A stretch of DNA of 64,000 nucleotides from a virus. Lineage: Duplodnaviria; Heunggongvirae; Uroviricota; Caudoviricetes. This document shows positions 1-9,256 of the stretch, piece after piece (position 1 is the first letter of the stretch; each line of letters opens with the position of its first letter). The translations under genes and the position numbers were made by a program. The stretch is from IMG/VR virus record IMGVR_UViG_3300047550_004303, one strand, 5' to 3'. Under the pieces are notes generated by a model. That model did not search any database. It was given only the letters and a program-made list of their open reading frames with translations, and had not been told where the DNA came from.

Positions 1-357
1 AGTTTTGTGTTTCGTTCTTGAGTTTGTATTCTAAACTTGCAACCCAAATCTCATCACGAAAGTGTTTTCTCAACACATCAGTTGCGATATGTTGCATTGC
101 AAATCTAGGAGAAAAATTTTCTATACATAATCTTTTAGACCACCAAACATCAGGTTGTTCTCTAAAATTTCTACTCTCTACAGTATAGCCATTAAGTAAT
201 TCACGATCCCAACCAAATATTAGTGACAGACAATCTTTGACTACTCCTGCATAACTGTATCTTTTAAAGTCATGTTGTTTTACCAAATAATCAGCAACAG
301 TATCTTTGCCGGAACCTATTCTTCCAGATAAACCTATTATCAATTAAACCTCTTATA

Positions 358-1155
358 TTAACCTTGAATCCATGCAAGTGGTTGTGACCCATCAACATAA
401 CGTTTCAATTCATCAATTAAACGTTCTTGATCCGCTTTGCTTTCAGATTTCATAGCAGCACCATTTAAGGTTGTTCCGCCACCAGGACCAGCGATAGACC
501 CAAACTTTTCACGGGCTTCACCTATGATTCCTTTTAATACAGCAAAAGTATAATCACCTATCCAAACACCTGCATAAGGATCTTGCAACAACTCTATTAC
601 TGGACGTTGAATATCAGCCCAAATCAAAATTCGCTCACCAGTACCTTTGAAATCTCGTACAACTCTTAATACTTTGGTAACTGGATTAAACGTGTAGTTT
701 ACATAACCACCAAACATACGTGCAGCCAATTCAACGTATCCAGCATAAAAATCATAAGTTGCCATACCACCTGTATAGTTGTAGTTTAACAAATAGGTGT
801 TCAATATTGCACTACTAAACGGGTCAAAACTAGTTGAACTTGGGCCAGTTTCTAAACCCACTGTTCTTCTAAACAAGGATCTTACATTAATAAATTCTTC
901 CGGTAGGGTATAAGTATCAACGTTCTTAATTACCGTCATCAAAGTATATGTTTCAACTGTGGCATTTTGCGCTCTTTGACGATAAATCTTTATGGCATAA
1001 TTTAATGCTGCTTCATAATGTTGTGGATCTAGTTCAAGATCAATTATATCCTGACCTAATCTATAACTTATGTTATTGAACAATGCTTGTTTTAATTCAT
1101 CGATGGTAAGACCAGATGGAGTATTTAACGGACTAGCAATAGAACTTATTGTCAT
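358..1155 (-). CDS. hypothetical virion/baseplate-like structural protein
   Basis: 265-aa ORF. A late-motif GAATAAATA lies 20 nt upstream. It sits in a structural gene neighbourhood. No diagnostic motif. Confidence 0.45.
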   Translation of the reverse strand: MTISSIASPLNTPSGLTIDELKQALFNNISYRLGQDIIDLELDPQHYEAALNYAIKIYRQRAQNATVETYTLMTVIKNVDTYTLPEEFINVRSLFRRTVGLETGPSSTSFDPFSSAILNTYLLNYNYTGGMATYDFYAGYVELAARMFGGYVNYTFNPVTKVLRVVRDFKGTGERILIWADIQRPVIELLQDPYAGVWIGDYTFAVLKGIIGEAREKFGSIAGPGGGTTLNGAAMKSESKADQERLIDELKRYVDGSQPLAWIQG

Positions 1156-1175
1156 GTGTTTTCACCTATATCATG

Positions 1176-1184
1176 TATTTATTC
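1176..1184 (-). promoter_or_regulatory. late-promoter-like motif GAATAAATA
   Basis: 20 nt upstream of the ATG at 1155. Confidence 0.35.
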
Positions 1185-1621
1185 AAATGATATCGGTATT
1201 ATCGGTATTTCTTATTTGTTATTCTTAGGTCAAGGCGAGTAGATAGACCTACTCAACCTAAAAAAATATTCTTGAGGTACGTTTACGACGATGAATTCAG
1301 TTATTAAAATGGAGGATTGCCTATGTCTCATCAACCTATTTCTAGGAAACTGTCATATTCACTGTTATATCAAGACATTATTCATCGGATAGTCTTGAAC
1401 AGTCCGGACCCTCTATCGCTATTACTATGATCCGGCAGCATCAACCATTAAGATACAGGAAATGTTTCTGTGCATTGGACAGACATTTATGGCATCCCGT
1501 AGGGTAGTCCTGTAAATTGATGTCAGTATTCATCATCTACCGTCACACCACAATTGAGGACGGATTATAGCCACATTTACAGGCTGTGGGTCACCTACAT
1601 ACTGAAGAAGATTTTACTTAT

Positions 1622-2029
1622 TCAAAGGTCGTTTTCTTTACGATTCTCTGAATAGTAAGGATCAAAGTGTCCTCCCGGATACCTTGATTCCAACTTCTTC
1701 ACATTTTCTGCAACAACATCATTAGGGTCATATCCGAGTGCCCTACAAGCATTGACCCAATACCAAATAATGTCGCCTAATTCACGCTTCATATGAAAAC
1801 GATTTTCTTCATTAAAGGGTTTACCCTGAAAAACCATCTTCTTTACAATCTCACTGAACTCTCCACCCTCACTTGCTAGACCAATGCTAGCGGTCATCAA
1901 TAGACTGATATTAAGATCGGGCTCCTGAGATAGATCGTGTAGACGCTGAATCAGTACGGCAACATCCTTGCTAGGCTTACTGGTAACAGCTTCTACGAAG
2001 TGCTGATATTTATTTAAGTCAATTTGCAT
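1622..2029 (-). CDS. mazG: MazG-like nucleoside triphosphate pyrophosphohydrolase
   Basis: Acidic EGGEFSE motif (cf. the MazG metal-binding EExxE signature) and an ELGDIIWYW helix, as in phage MazG. Confidence 0.75.
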   Translation of the reverse strand: MQIDLNKYQHFVEAVTSKPSKDVAVLIQRLHDLSQEPDLNISLLMTASIGLASEGGEFSEIVKKMVFQGKPFNEENRFHMKRELGDIIWYWVNACRALGYDPNDVVAENVKKLESRYPGGHFDPYYSENRKENDL

Positions 2030-2040
2030 AATTTCTCCAC

Positions 2041-2071
2041 AAAAAATAACCTCTACATTTTACTGTAGAGG
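2041..2071 (-). terminator. intrinsic terminator after ORF 2079..3266
   Basis: 8-bp stem CCTCTACA/TGTAGAGG with a 6-nt loop, followed on the minus strand by GUUAUUUUUUG. Confidence 0.5.
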
Positions 2072-2078
2072 TCGTTGA

Positions 2079-3266
2079 TTACCAAGCTTTAAGGATAATC
2101 ATGTTTTCGTTAGTACGTCCATTCGGTGTAGTTGCTACAGCACGAATATCACTGAAGTACTTACGTCCTGCAGGCTTACCCAACTTCAGAATTTGTGCAA
2201 TCTGTTCAGCCGGCTTACGCAGTGTTTTGGTCTGACTCTTGATATTGTCGAACCCAAGCAACGTAGTGCCCTTCACTGAGAAGGTCTTGCTGTACTCATC
2301 GGCAACCATGTAAATCAATTTACGCTTGGCTGTATCGTAGAGATAGCATTCACTGGCTCCATGAAGTTTGACAGGGTGCAAACTTACCAAATCCAGTTTT
2401 GTTGCAGTGTCCTTGAATTCCTTCAAAAACTTCATCTTAGCAACCTGCTTCTCGATAGGAACTGCCTTACGCTTACGCGGTGCCTTTGATGCCTTCTTGA
2501 CGCTAATGTAGCTATTCAAATCACCCAAAACTTGATCAATAAACTTGGAAATGTTTTTGAGTTGGGTACGAGTAAAATGATTATAACCCTGAACCAATTG
2601 TGCATCGGTTCCCTTCAGAACTTCTTCAAACTCAGTTTGCTTTTTCTTCCAAACATCACTGATAATGGAAATGTGTTGAGGAAGAACATTAAATTTTGCT
2701 ACGGTGTCAATCGGGCGCAGAGTATGCGTTGCCTTTGCACCAGAAAGAATATAGTCGTCCAGAACACCTTCAAGTTCTCCAGCAGCCTCACGGGCACGTT
2801 CACGCATAACTTCTTGCACGTTATGCTTGGGAGCTTCTTTGACTTCGGGCTTTGTGCCCCCCGTCTTAGAAACTTTTGCTTCTTTCTTGACGGGTGTGAT
2901 CAATGCATCAATTTCTTTTTCAATCATGTCCGATTCTTCTTTTGACAGAACCAGACCGCGCAGGCTCATGCGAGCAAGCCACGCTGTAGTGATAGTAATA
3001 TCACGTTCATCAACCTTGCGAAACAACTTTGCCTTGTCAATTTTGTCAGTAAGGTCAAGATATTGGCAAATCAGTTCTTTAGCGTCTTTACGCCCGTAGA
3101 ACCTTCCATACCAATTGAAGCCTTTGACCAGGCTAATCTTTCGCGTGGCTTCGTTAGGCTGAACAGTAAACAGTGGTTCTTCACCCATGTACTTGGTATC
3201 AGGATCTCTGGGATCAAGAGCCTTGACAACTGAGGTATCGACTTGTTTTGCTGCTTTACGAGGCAT
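2079..3266 (-). CDS. hypothetical protein
   Basis: 395-aa ORF, Lys-rich, no recognisable motif. Confidence 0.55.
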   Translation of the reverse strand: MPRKAAKQVDTSVVKALDPRDPDTKYMGEEPLFTVQPNEATRKISLVKGFNWYGRFYGRKDAKELICQYLDLTDKIDKAKLFRKVDERDITITTAWLARMSLRGLVLSKEESDMIEKEIDALITPVKKEAKVSKTGGTKPEVKEAPKHNVQEVMRERAREAAGELEGVLDDYILSGAKATHTLRPIDTVAKFNVLPQHISIISDVWKKKQTEFEEVLKGTDAQLVQGYNHFTRTQLKNISKFIDQVLGDLNSYISVKKASKAPRKRKAVPIEKQVAKMKFLKEFKDTATKLDLVSLHPVKLHGASECYLYDTAKRKLIYMVADEYSKTFSVKGTTLLGFDNIKSQTKTLRKPAEQIAQILKLGKPAGRKYFSDIRAVATTPNGRTNENMIILKAW

Positions 3267-3297
3267 TTTTACTCCGTTTTCTAACGTTTAAGCTTGA

Positions 3298-5046
3298 TTG
3301 TATAACACCTGGTATTTATTGTCAAGAGTCTCAGATAAATACATTATGCCAAAACTTAGCCTGTATAGACAAAATAAGCAAAACGATTATCGTTTTTTTG
3401 ATAGAACCATTAGTGAACAATTGACCGTTGGTGGAACCGATCTGTATATACACAAATATTTGGGTCCTACTAATCAAGGTCCATCGATAGATTATACACA
3501 ACCTGACTACGCTAATCTTAGTCCTACTAACATTCAAGACCTATTGTTTTTGGAAAACCGTGATAGAACTTATGATGACAACATTTATAGATTAAGAGGG
3601 CATTATAACGTACAGAATTTAGATTTTGATTTAAGTCAGTTTGGTTTGTTTTTGAACAACGACATCCTTTTTATCACAGTTCATTACAACGACATGATTG
3701 ATATCATAGGTAGAAAGTTGATGGTCGGTGATGTTATTGAATTACCGCATTTATTAGATTACAACCCATTAAAAGAAACCATACCTGTTGCACTAAAACG
3801 TTTCTATCAAATAACAGATGCAAATTTTGCAAGTGAGGGTTTTAGTCAAACTTGGTTCCCGCACTTGTGGCGTATAAAATGTGAGAAATTGGTTAATAGC
3901 CAAGAGTTTAGTCAGATACTTCAGCAGCCAGTTGAAACCGATAACTTCTTAGGAACATGGGATTCAACAAAAACATATCCTGCTGGTTATACAGTAACGT
4001 TTGGAGATAAGAATTATATTTCTATTGCGGAAGTTCCAGCAGGAGAAAGTCCTCCTAATGCCACATATTGGGCCCTTGATACAGGTGAAACACTTAGTGA
4101 TATACTTTCAACTTACAACACAAATATCTCAATTAACAATGCTCAACTAGAAGAAGCAAATAGAATTGTACCGTTGTCTGGGTATAACAATACAAACTTG
4201 TATGTTGTGCCTATTTACGGTGAGTGGGAAACAAATACACAATTGTCTGGAAAGATTGGACAACCGGCTCCTCCTATAAACTTGACAATTTCAAGTGATG
4301 GACCACCTGGGGTTGTGATGATGATGCACAATCCTAAATATAAAAAACCTAGTCCTGCAATTAAAGTTCCAAAACAAACTTTTAAAAACATCTATGATAT
4401 GACGGTTGATATGGACATATCGGATAAATTAGATAAGTTTGTACATGCGGCTTTAAAAATCGCAGTTCAACCACCTGAAAGAATAGGCTCAAATTCAGGT
4501 GCGGTTGAAGGCACTTATATGATTAGTGTAAGATCCTTAGGCGCAATAACAGGACCATATGGTACAGCAGATAACACATTTGCAACTGCTGATCAAGATC
4601 CTACTGCTCCTGGGTTTACTGGAACAATAACTCCACAGATGGACTTTAGAGCAGATGCTGATCCTGCATTCCAATTTATAAGTAGATATAGTCCATTAAA
4701 CTTTAATTATACACAAGGTTATTTAACAGGAGATGGAAATGCTCCTAACGGATTCCCTGTAGGTACAGGATTATCTTTCCCGCAAAACCCAGAAGTAGGT
4801 GATTATTTCCTTAGAATTGATTACAAACCTAATATATTGTATCGTTGGAGTGGTAGGTTATGGGTAAAAATCTCTGAAAATGTAAGAACTCCAACTGGAT
4901 ATAGTTATGACAGTAAAAACTTACTATCTACCTTTATCAATAATAGAGATCAGGTTACATTGACCGATGGATCTACTATACCAAGCAGACAAGCATTGTC
5001 TACGATATTAACACAACCATTTGATCCTATACCACCGGTTACTTAA
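3298..5046 (+). CDS. putative baseplate/tail structural protein
   Basis: 582-aa ORF with an alternative TTG start. An in-frame ATG at about 3346 is preceded by AGATAAATACATT. Structural-type composition. Confidence 0.5.
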   Translation: MYNTWYLLSRVSDKYIMPKLSLYRQNKQNDYRFFDRTISEQLTVGGTDLYIHKYLGPTNQGPSIDYTQPDYANLSPTNIQDLLFLENRDRTYDDNIYRLRGHYNVQNLDFDLSQFGLFLNNDILFITVHYNDMIDIIGRKLMVGDVIELPHLLDYNPLKETIPVALKRFYQITDANFASEGFSQTWFPHLWRIKCEKLVNSQEFSQILQQPVETDNFLGTWDSTKTYPAGYTVTFGDKNYISIAEVPAGESPPNATYWALDTGETLSDILSTYNTNISINNAQLEEANRIVPLSGYNNTNLYVVPIYGEWETNTQLSGKIGQPAPPINLTISSDGPPGVVMMMHNPKYKKPSPAIKVPKQTFKNIYDMTVDMDISDKLDKFVHAALKIAVQPPERIGSNSGAVEGTYMISVRSLGAITGPYGTADNTFATADQDPTAPGFTGTITPQMDFRADADPAFQFISRYSPLNFNYTQGYLTGDGNAPNGFPVGTGLSFPQNPEVGDYFLRIDYKPNILYRWSGRLWVKISENVRTPTGYSYDSKNLLSTFINNRDQVTLTDGSTIPSRQALSTILTQPFDPIPPVT

Positions 5047-5067
5047 TAATTTCATAACACTGATAAC

Positions 5068-5075
5068 TATAAATA
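5068..5075 (+). promoter_or_regulatory. T4-type late promoter TATAAATA
   Basis: Exact TATAAATA about 20 nt upstream of the GAGGTGA RBS and the TTG start of ORF 5097. Confidence 0.45.
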
Positions 5076-5096
5076 CTTTATTATTGAGGTGACAAA

Positions 5097-6464
5097 TTGG
5101 CAGATTTCTTTTATGATTCCCAAATTCGCAGATTTTTGATACAGTTTGCGAAAATTTTTTCAAATTGGTATGTAACCAAGGGAAAAGATCCAGACGGCAA
5201 TGAAATCTTAGTTCGTGTGCCTATTATGTACGGTGATAGCAGTAGACAAGCAGCAACCATTATTGCAAATAACAGTGCAAGTAATCTTCCAAGCGCACCT
5301 ATGATTACCTATTACATAACTGGTTTAGAATACGATCAACGCCGTACCCAAGATCCCACTTTCGTAGATAAAACAGTAGTAAGACAACGTACATACAATA
5401 GCACTACACAATCTTATGAAACAACACAAGGTCAAGCATTTAGTGTTGAAAGATTAATGCCAGTACCCTACACATTGAGAATAACTGTAGATTTTTGGAC
5501 TACAAACTACAATCAAAAATTAGAGTTGATAGAACAATTAGGTGCATTGTTTAATCCTGCTCTTGAAATTCAAAGTACTGAAAATTTCTTAGATTGGACT
5601 TCATTGTCTGTTGTTTTCCAAGACGGATTAACCTTTTCATCAAGATCGATTCCACAAGGCACTGCCAATCCAATTGATGTATTGAGTTGGAAATTCTATA
5701 TGCCAATATGGATAAGCACACCTGCTAAACTTAAGAAGATGGGAGTAATTCAAAAAATTATCGCATCAATTTACAAAGGTTCTGCATTATTGGATATGAA
5801 AGATGATGATCTATTGTTAGGTACCAGACAAAAAATTACTCCTTATGGATATAAAGTATTGTTGTTAGGTGATAGATTACAATTATTACCAGAGAACGAA
5901 CCCTTTGTTCCTCCTAATAGCACATTTGATTTGCCAACACCACCTGATACATCATTGTATTGGCATTCAAATTTAAACTTGTATGGTACAGTAAGACCGG
6001 GTATATCTCAAATATGGTTACAGAATCCATATATGGAATATGATATCGTGGGTACCATTGATTATGATCCAGATGATGATAGATTACTAATCTACAATAT
6101 TGACCCTGACACATTACCATCAAACACATTAGATCCAGTAGATAGTATAATAAATCCACAGGTAACTGGTCCAGGGGCTGGATTACCGGCGCCTGTTAAC
6201 GGAAAACGATATTTGATTGTTGAGAATATGGGTGGTTCTGAGCCAACTACAGCTTGGGGTGATATAGTTGCAAACGCAAATGATATCATTGAGTACAATG
6301 GCGGATTAGGAGAATGGGAAGTTTCTTTTGATTCTCAAGCAACAACTACAATTGAATATGTAACCAATCTTACTACTAACGTGCAATATAGATTTGTAGA
6401 TCAAGAATGGGTTAAATCATATGACGGTTATTATGAAGCAGGTGACTTTAGTATAGTGATTTAA
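5097..6464 (+). CDS. putative structural (baseplate-like) protein
   Basis: 455-aa ORF with a TTG start and GAGGTGA RBS. A late promoter lies upstream. Confidence 0.5.
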   Translation: MADFFYDSQIRRFLIQFAKIFSNWYVTKGKDPDGNEILVRVPIMYGDSSRQAATIIANNSASNLPSAPMITYYITGLEYDQRRTQDPTFVDKTVVRQRTYNSTTQSYETTQGQAFSVERLMPVPYTLRITVDFWTTNYNQKLELIEQLGALFNPALEIQSTENFLDWTSLSVVFQDGLTFSSRSIPQGTANPIDVLSWKFYMPIWISTPAKLKKMGVIQKIIASIYKGSALLDMKDDDLLLGTRQKITPYGYKVLLLGDRLQLLPENEPFVPPNSTFDLPTPPDTSLYWHSNLNLYGTVRPGISQIWLQNPYMEYDIVGTIDYDPDDDRLLIYNIDPDTLPSNTLDPVDSIINPQVTGPGAGLPAPVNGKRYLIVENMGGSEPTTAWGDIVANANDIIEYNGGLGEWEVSFDSQATTTIEYVTNLTTNVQYRFVDQEWVKSYDGYYEAGDFSIVI

Positions 6465-6884
6465 ATGTCTTGTTTCAATGTGTCAGCAGGTGTTTTTTTC
6501 TACAGTAAAAACACAAATAGATTCTTATACCTTTTACGGAACGATAGTAAAAATTACTGTTGGGGGATACCGGGAGGTAAAATTGAAGACACCGAAACTT
6601 TATTTGATGGACTAGAAAGAGAATGTATTGAAGAATTAGAGTATTGGCCTGCTAATGCAAAATTAGTGCCGTTACAAAAGTTTGAAAATCATAATTTTAT
6701 CTATCATACCTTTTTTTGTGAGATTCAAGACGAATTTATCCCTAAGTTAAATGAAGAACATTTGGGATATGCATGGGTAAATTTAGGCAATTTTCCTAAA
6801 CCATTACATCCTGGGTTATTTAATATGATAAATTTTGATGTGGTGCAAAAAAAGGTAAATTACTTAGTAAAACAAGGGGAATGA
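6465..6884 (+). CDS. NUDIX hydrolase
   Basis: Nudix box GGKIEDTETLFDGLERECIEELE (Gx5Ex7REUxEExGU). Confidence 0.75.
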   Translation: MSCFNVSAGVFFYSKNTNRFLYLLRNDSKNYCWGIPGGKIEDTETLFDGLERECIEELEYWPANAKLVPLQKFENHNFIYHTFFCEIQDEFIPKLNEEHLGYAWVNLGNFPKPLHPGLFNMINFDVVQKKVNYLVKQGE

Positions 6885-6893
6885 TTCCCCTTG
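6873..6893. terminator. bidirectional intrinsic terminator between convergent genes
   Basis: 9-bp stem CAAGGGGAA/TTCCCCTTG with the loop TGA, which is the NUDIX stop codon. T/U-runs follow on both strands. Confidence 0.55.
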
Positions 6894-6897
6894 TTGT

Positions 6898-7209
6898 TTA
6901 CTTTAACAGTTTTGATAGAGTGTCGAAACCCAAAGAACCAATTACAATACCTGCTCCCATCATCATCCATCTCCACTTTTCAAGTGCTGATATTTTTTTA
7001 GATAATGATGAATGTGCTTCTTCACTAGCGTCTCTAGTAGCTTCAAGTAGTTTCATTTGTCTTTCAGAATTTTCCTGAATTGAAGCTTTTATTTCTTTGA
7101 TATCATCTTTTACATCAGAAATTTTTTCTTCAATGTTTTTAACTTGCACATGAAGAATTGCAATCTCTGTTTCAGGATTTTGAATCTTAGCGGCGCCTAT
7201 TGTACTCAT
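6898..7209 (-). CDS. hypothetical coiled-coil protein with C-terminal TM anchor
   Basis: 103 aa. Charged heptad-like region, then the hydrophobic segment MMMGAGIVIGSLGF. Confidence 0.4.
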   Translation of the reverse strand: MSTIGAAKIQNPETEIAILHVQVKNIEEKISDVKDDIKEIKASIQENSERQMKLLEATRDASEEAHSSLSKKISALEKWRWMMMGAGIVIGSLGFDTLSKLLK

Positions 7210-7907
7210 GATATCTTTATTCCATAGTGTAAAGCTGTTTCTCGGCCATGAAAGCCTAAACTGTTCTTAAACCAGTTACTATTGTAACTTTCTGACCCTT
7301 CTATACTCCAGCGATGGGCTAAATCAATTGAGGGCCATTTACACCCATATCTTTTTTCTAATATGGGTCTATATGGCCCTGCAATAAGATTATCTTCACT
7401 TAACCCTTCTTTATTTCCTGGATTATAATAACGAAGTGGCAAATAAGGCCAATCTTCAATTAAATAACCAGGTTCCCAATCAATTAAAGCATCATACAGT
7501 TTACGACTTCTAAGACTGAATCCACCATTTCCAATCTGTTCTTCTAATGTACCCCACCAAAGCCAAGGAGCACCTATGTAATCATATTGTAAAAATTCTT
7601 CAGTCCAAGCCTTCTCATTGAATGCATAACCATCGCTTTGTACTATAATATTGAAATCTGCATCTACTACACTAGGAAGTAATCTAAGTGTAATCCTACT
7701 GTACCAGTTGTTAAAAACTTCTTCAGTAGGATCAAAATGACGAATACGTATCCAATGAGTTTCACAACCAAATACATCACGTGGTTTTTGATTGCTTACC
7801 CAATAGACCTTACTAGCAGGAGTACTTTTAAGTGTACTAAGAACAGCAAGTTCCGCAGCAGTATGGTCTCTGGTTTCAATTACAGCAATAGCAATGGTTT
7901 TATTCAT
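7206..7907 (-). CDS. hypothetical protein (possible sugar/nucleotide transferase-like)
   Basis: 233-aa ORF. ATGA overlap with the downstream gene. No firm motif. Confidence 0.45.
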   Translation of the reverse strand: MNKTIAIAVIETRDHTAAELAVLSTLKSTPASKVYWVSNQKPRDVFGCETHWIRIRHFDPTEEVFNNWYSRITLRLLPSVVDADFNIIVQSDGYAFNEKAWTEEFLQYDYIGAPWLWWGTLEEQIGNGGFSLRSRKLYDALIDWEPGYLIEDWPYLPLRYYNPGNKEGLSEDNLIAGPYRPILEKRYGCKWPSIDLAHRWSIEGSESYNSNWFKNSLGFHGRETALHYGIKIS

Positions 7908-7909
7908 GC

Positions 7910-9151
7910 TTAGGCGTTGTTGATTGTTACTATTGGGTAAGGTTGTCCGCCATATGTATCAGCAGCATATGCAGTATTGAATGTTGCAAACGCTGGAGTA
8001 CTATTTGGCAATACGTTACCTGTTCCAAATATTTCAAGAGTATGATCACTGAGACTTTGTACTCTTGTTGTTGAAGAATTAGCATATGTTGCAATAATGC
8101 TCATGGTATTAGGAGTCAATGCAGTATTAGCAACGTTTGCAGTAAAGCAAGGAGCTGTTAAACCAGTTGTTGTACCTGTTACCAAATACTTCTGTTTACC
8201 TTTTTGACGAACGATATAACCTGCTTCATCGTTTGCATATGCATAATCTGCATTGGTGAAGTTTGCAGTAGCGTTAGCCGTTAATACAGCAACATCAATA
8301 GTTGCATTAGAAACATCAGTACCAGTTGTCAACTGAACTTGTGGTCCATATTGTGATGAAGCTACAGTAAATGCTGCTGCGTTGGCAATAGTATCAACGA
8401 AATATACAGTACCAGTTGTCAATCCACCTGTATTTGCATCAAATGTTACAGGAGCACCAACAAATAATGTTTCAGCATTTCCTGAAGTACCGATGATATT
8501 ACCAGTAGCAGTTGTATTAGCTACCGCAACAGTGATATAACCAGTTACAGAACTGACAAAACCAATATCAACGTAGTCAGTAGAACCGTTAACATTTGCT
8601 ACAGCGACTTGAACTGCTGATCCTACAGATAATGTGTTAGCTAAATCTGTATCTTGCCCGTATATGTTTGTGTTACCAGTGTCTCCGTAAATTGTTCCAT
8701 TTCCGGTTCTACCAATTGCAACGCTTACTAATACTTGTTTACCGTAAATACTGGTGTTGCCGCCTACTACAGAATAAGTACTGGTGTTTGTCGCTGGATA
8801 TCCATCACCACTTACTGGATTATTGAAATATGCATCAACTACATTTACTGTCAGCGCGACTGATTGTGCAGCAGTAGTACCTAAGTCAAATTTAGTAAAA
8901 GTTGGATTAGCGGACAAATCAGTTGCTGAAACTGTAAATGTACTGTTATTACCTGAATTTATAACTTCAAGAATCCAATATGTTGTGCCAGCTACTAAAT
9001 TTCCTACGTTACTAGCAGGAATAAAAGTCATGCCAGCAATAATACCTAAATTTGTGAAATTTGCACTTGTTGTAACTACTTCTGTAGTACCATTAGTTGC
9101 GGTAAGTGTTACAACTGCTTGTGCTTTTGCGATTTTAAGAGGACGTCCCAT
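7910..9151 (-). CDS. fibre-like structural protein
   Basis: 413 aa, rich in T/G/A/N/V with no charged stretches. Adjacent to the tail-fibre gene. Confidence 0.55.
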   Translation of the reverse strand: MGRPLKIAKAQAVVTLTATNGTTEVVTTSANFTNLGIIAGMTFIPASNVGNLVAGTTYWILEVINSGNNSTFTVSATDLSANPTFTKFDLGTTAAQSVALTVNVVDAYFNNPVSGDGYPATNTSTYSVVGGNTSIYGKQVLVSVAIGRTGNGTIYGDTGNTNIYGQDTDLANTLSVGSAVQVAVANVNGSTDYVDIGFVSSVTGYITVAVANTTATGNIIGTSGNAETLFVGAPVTFDANTGGLTTGTVYFVDTIANAAAFTVASSQYGPQVQLTTGTDVSNATIDVAVLTANATANFTNADYAYANDEAGYIVRQKGKQKYLVTGTTTGLTAPCFTANVANTALTPNTMSIIATYANSSTTRVQSLSDHTLEIFGTGNVLPNSTPAFATFNTAYAADTYGGQPYPIVTINNA

Positions 9152-9234
9152 TTGTTTTTCCTTTATTAAATATGCGAGTTCTAGTCGCTACGCAGTGGGT
9201 ACTGCATAAATTCACCCTATGTGAATATATGCAG

Positions 9235-9243
9235 TATTTATCA
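9235..9243 (-). promoter_or_regulatory. late-promoter-like motif TGATAAATA
   Basis: Lies between the tail-fibre gene and ORF 7910..9151. Confidence 0.35.
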
Positions 9244-9256
9244 AATGGGATAAAAT

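Noticed and set aside
1156-1621. Possible tRNA gene(s) in the long intergenic region.
   Set aside because: No GTTC(G/A)A T-loop, no acceptor/T-arm complementarity and no CCA context could be found by eye. It is left as an unexplained noncoding region.
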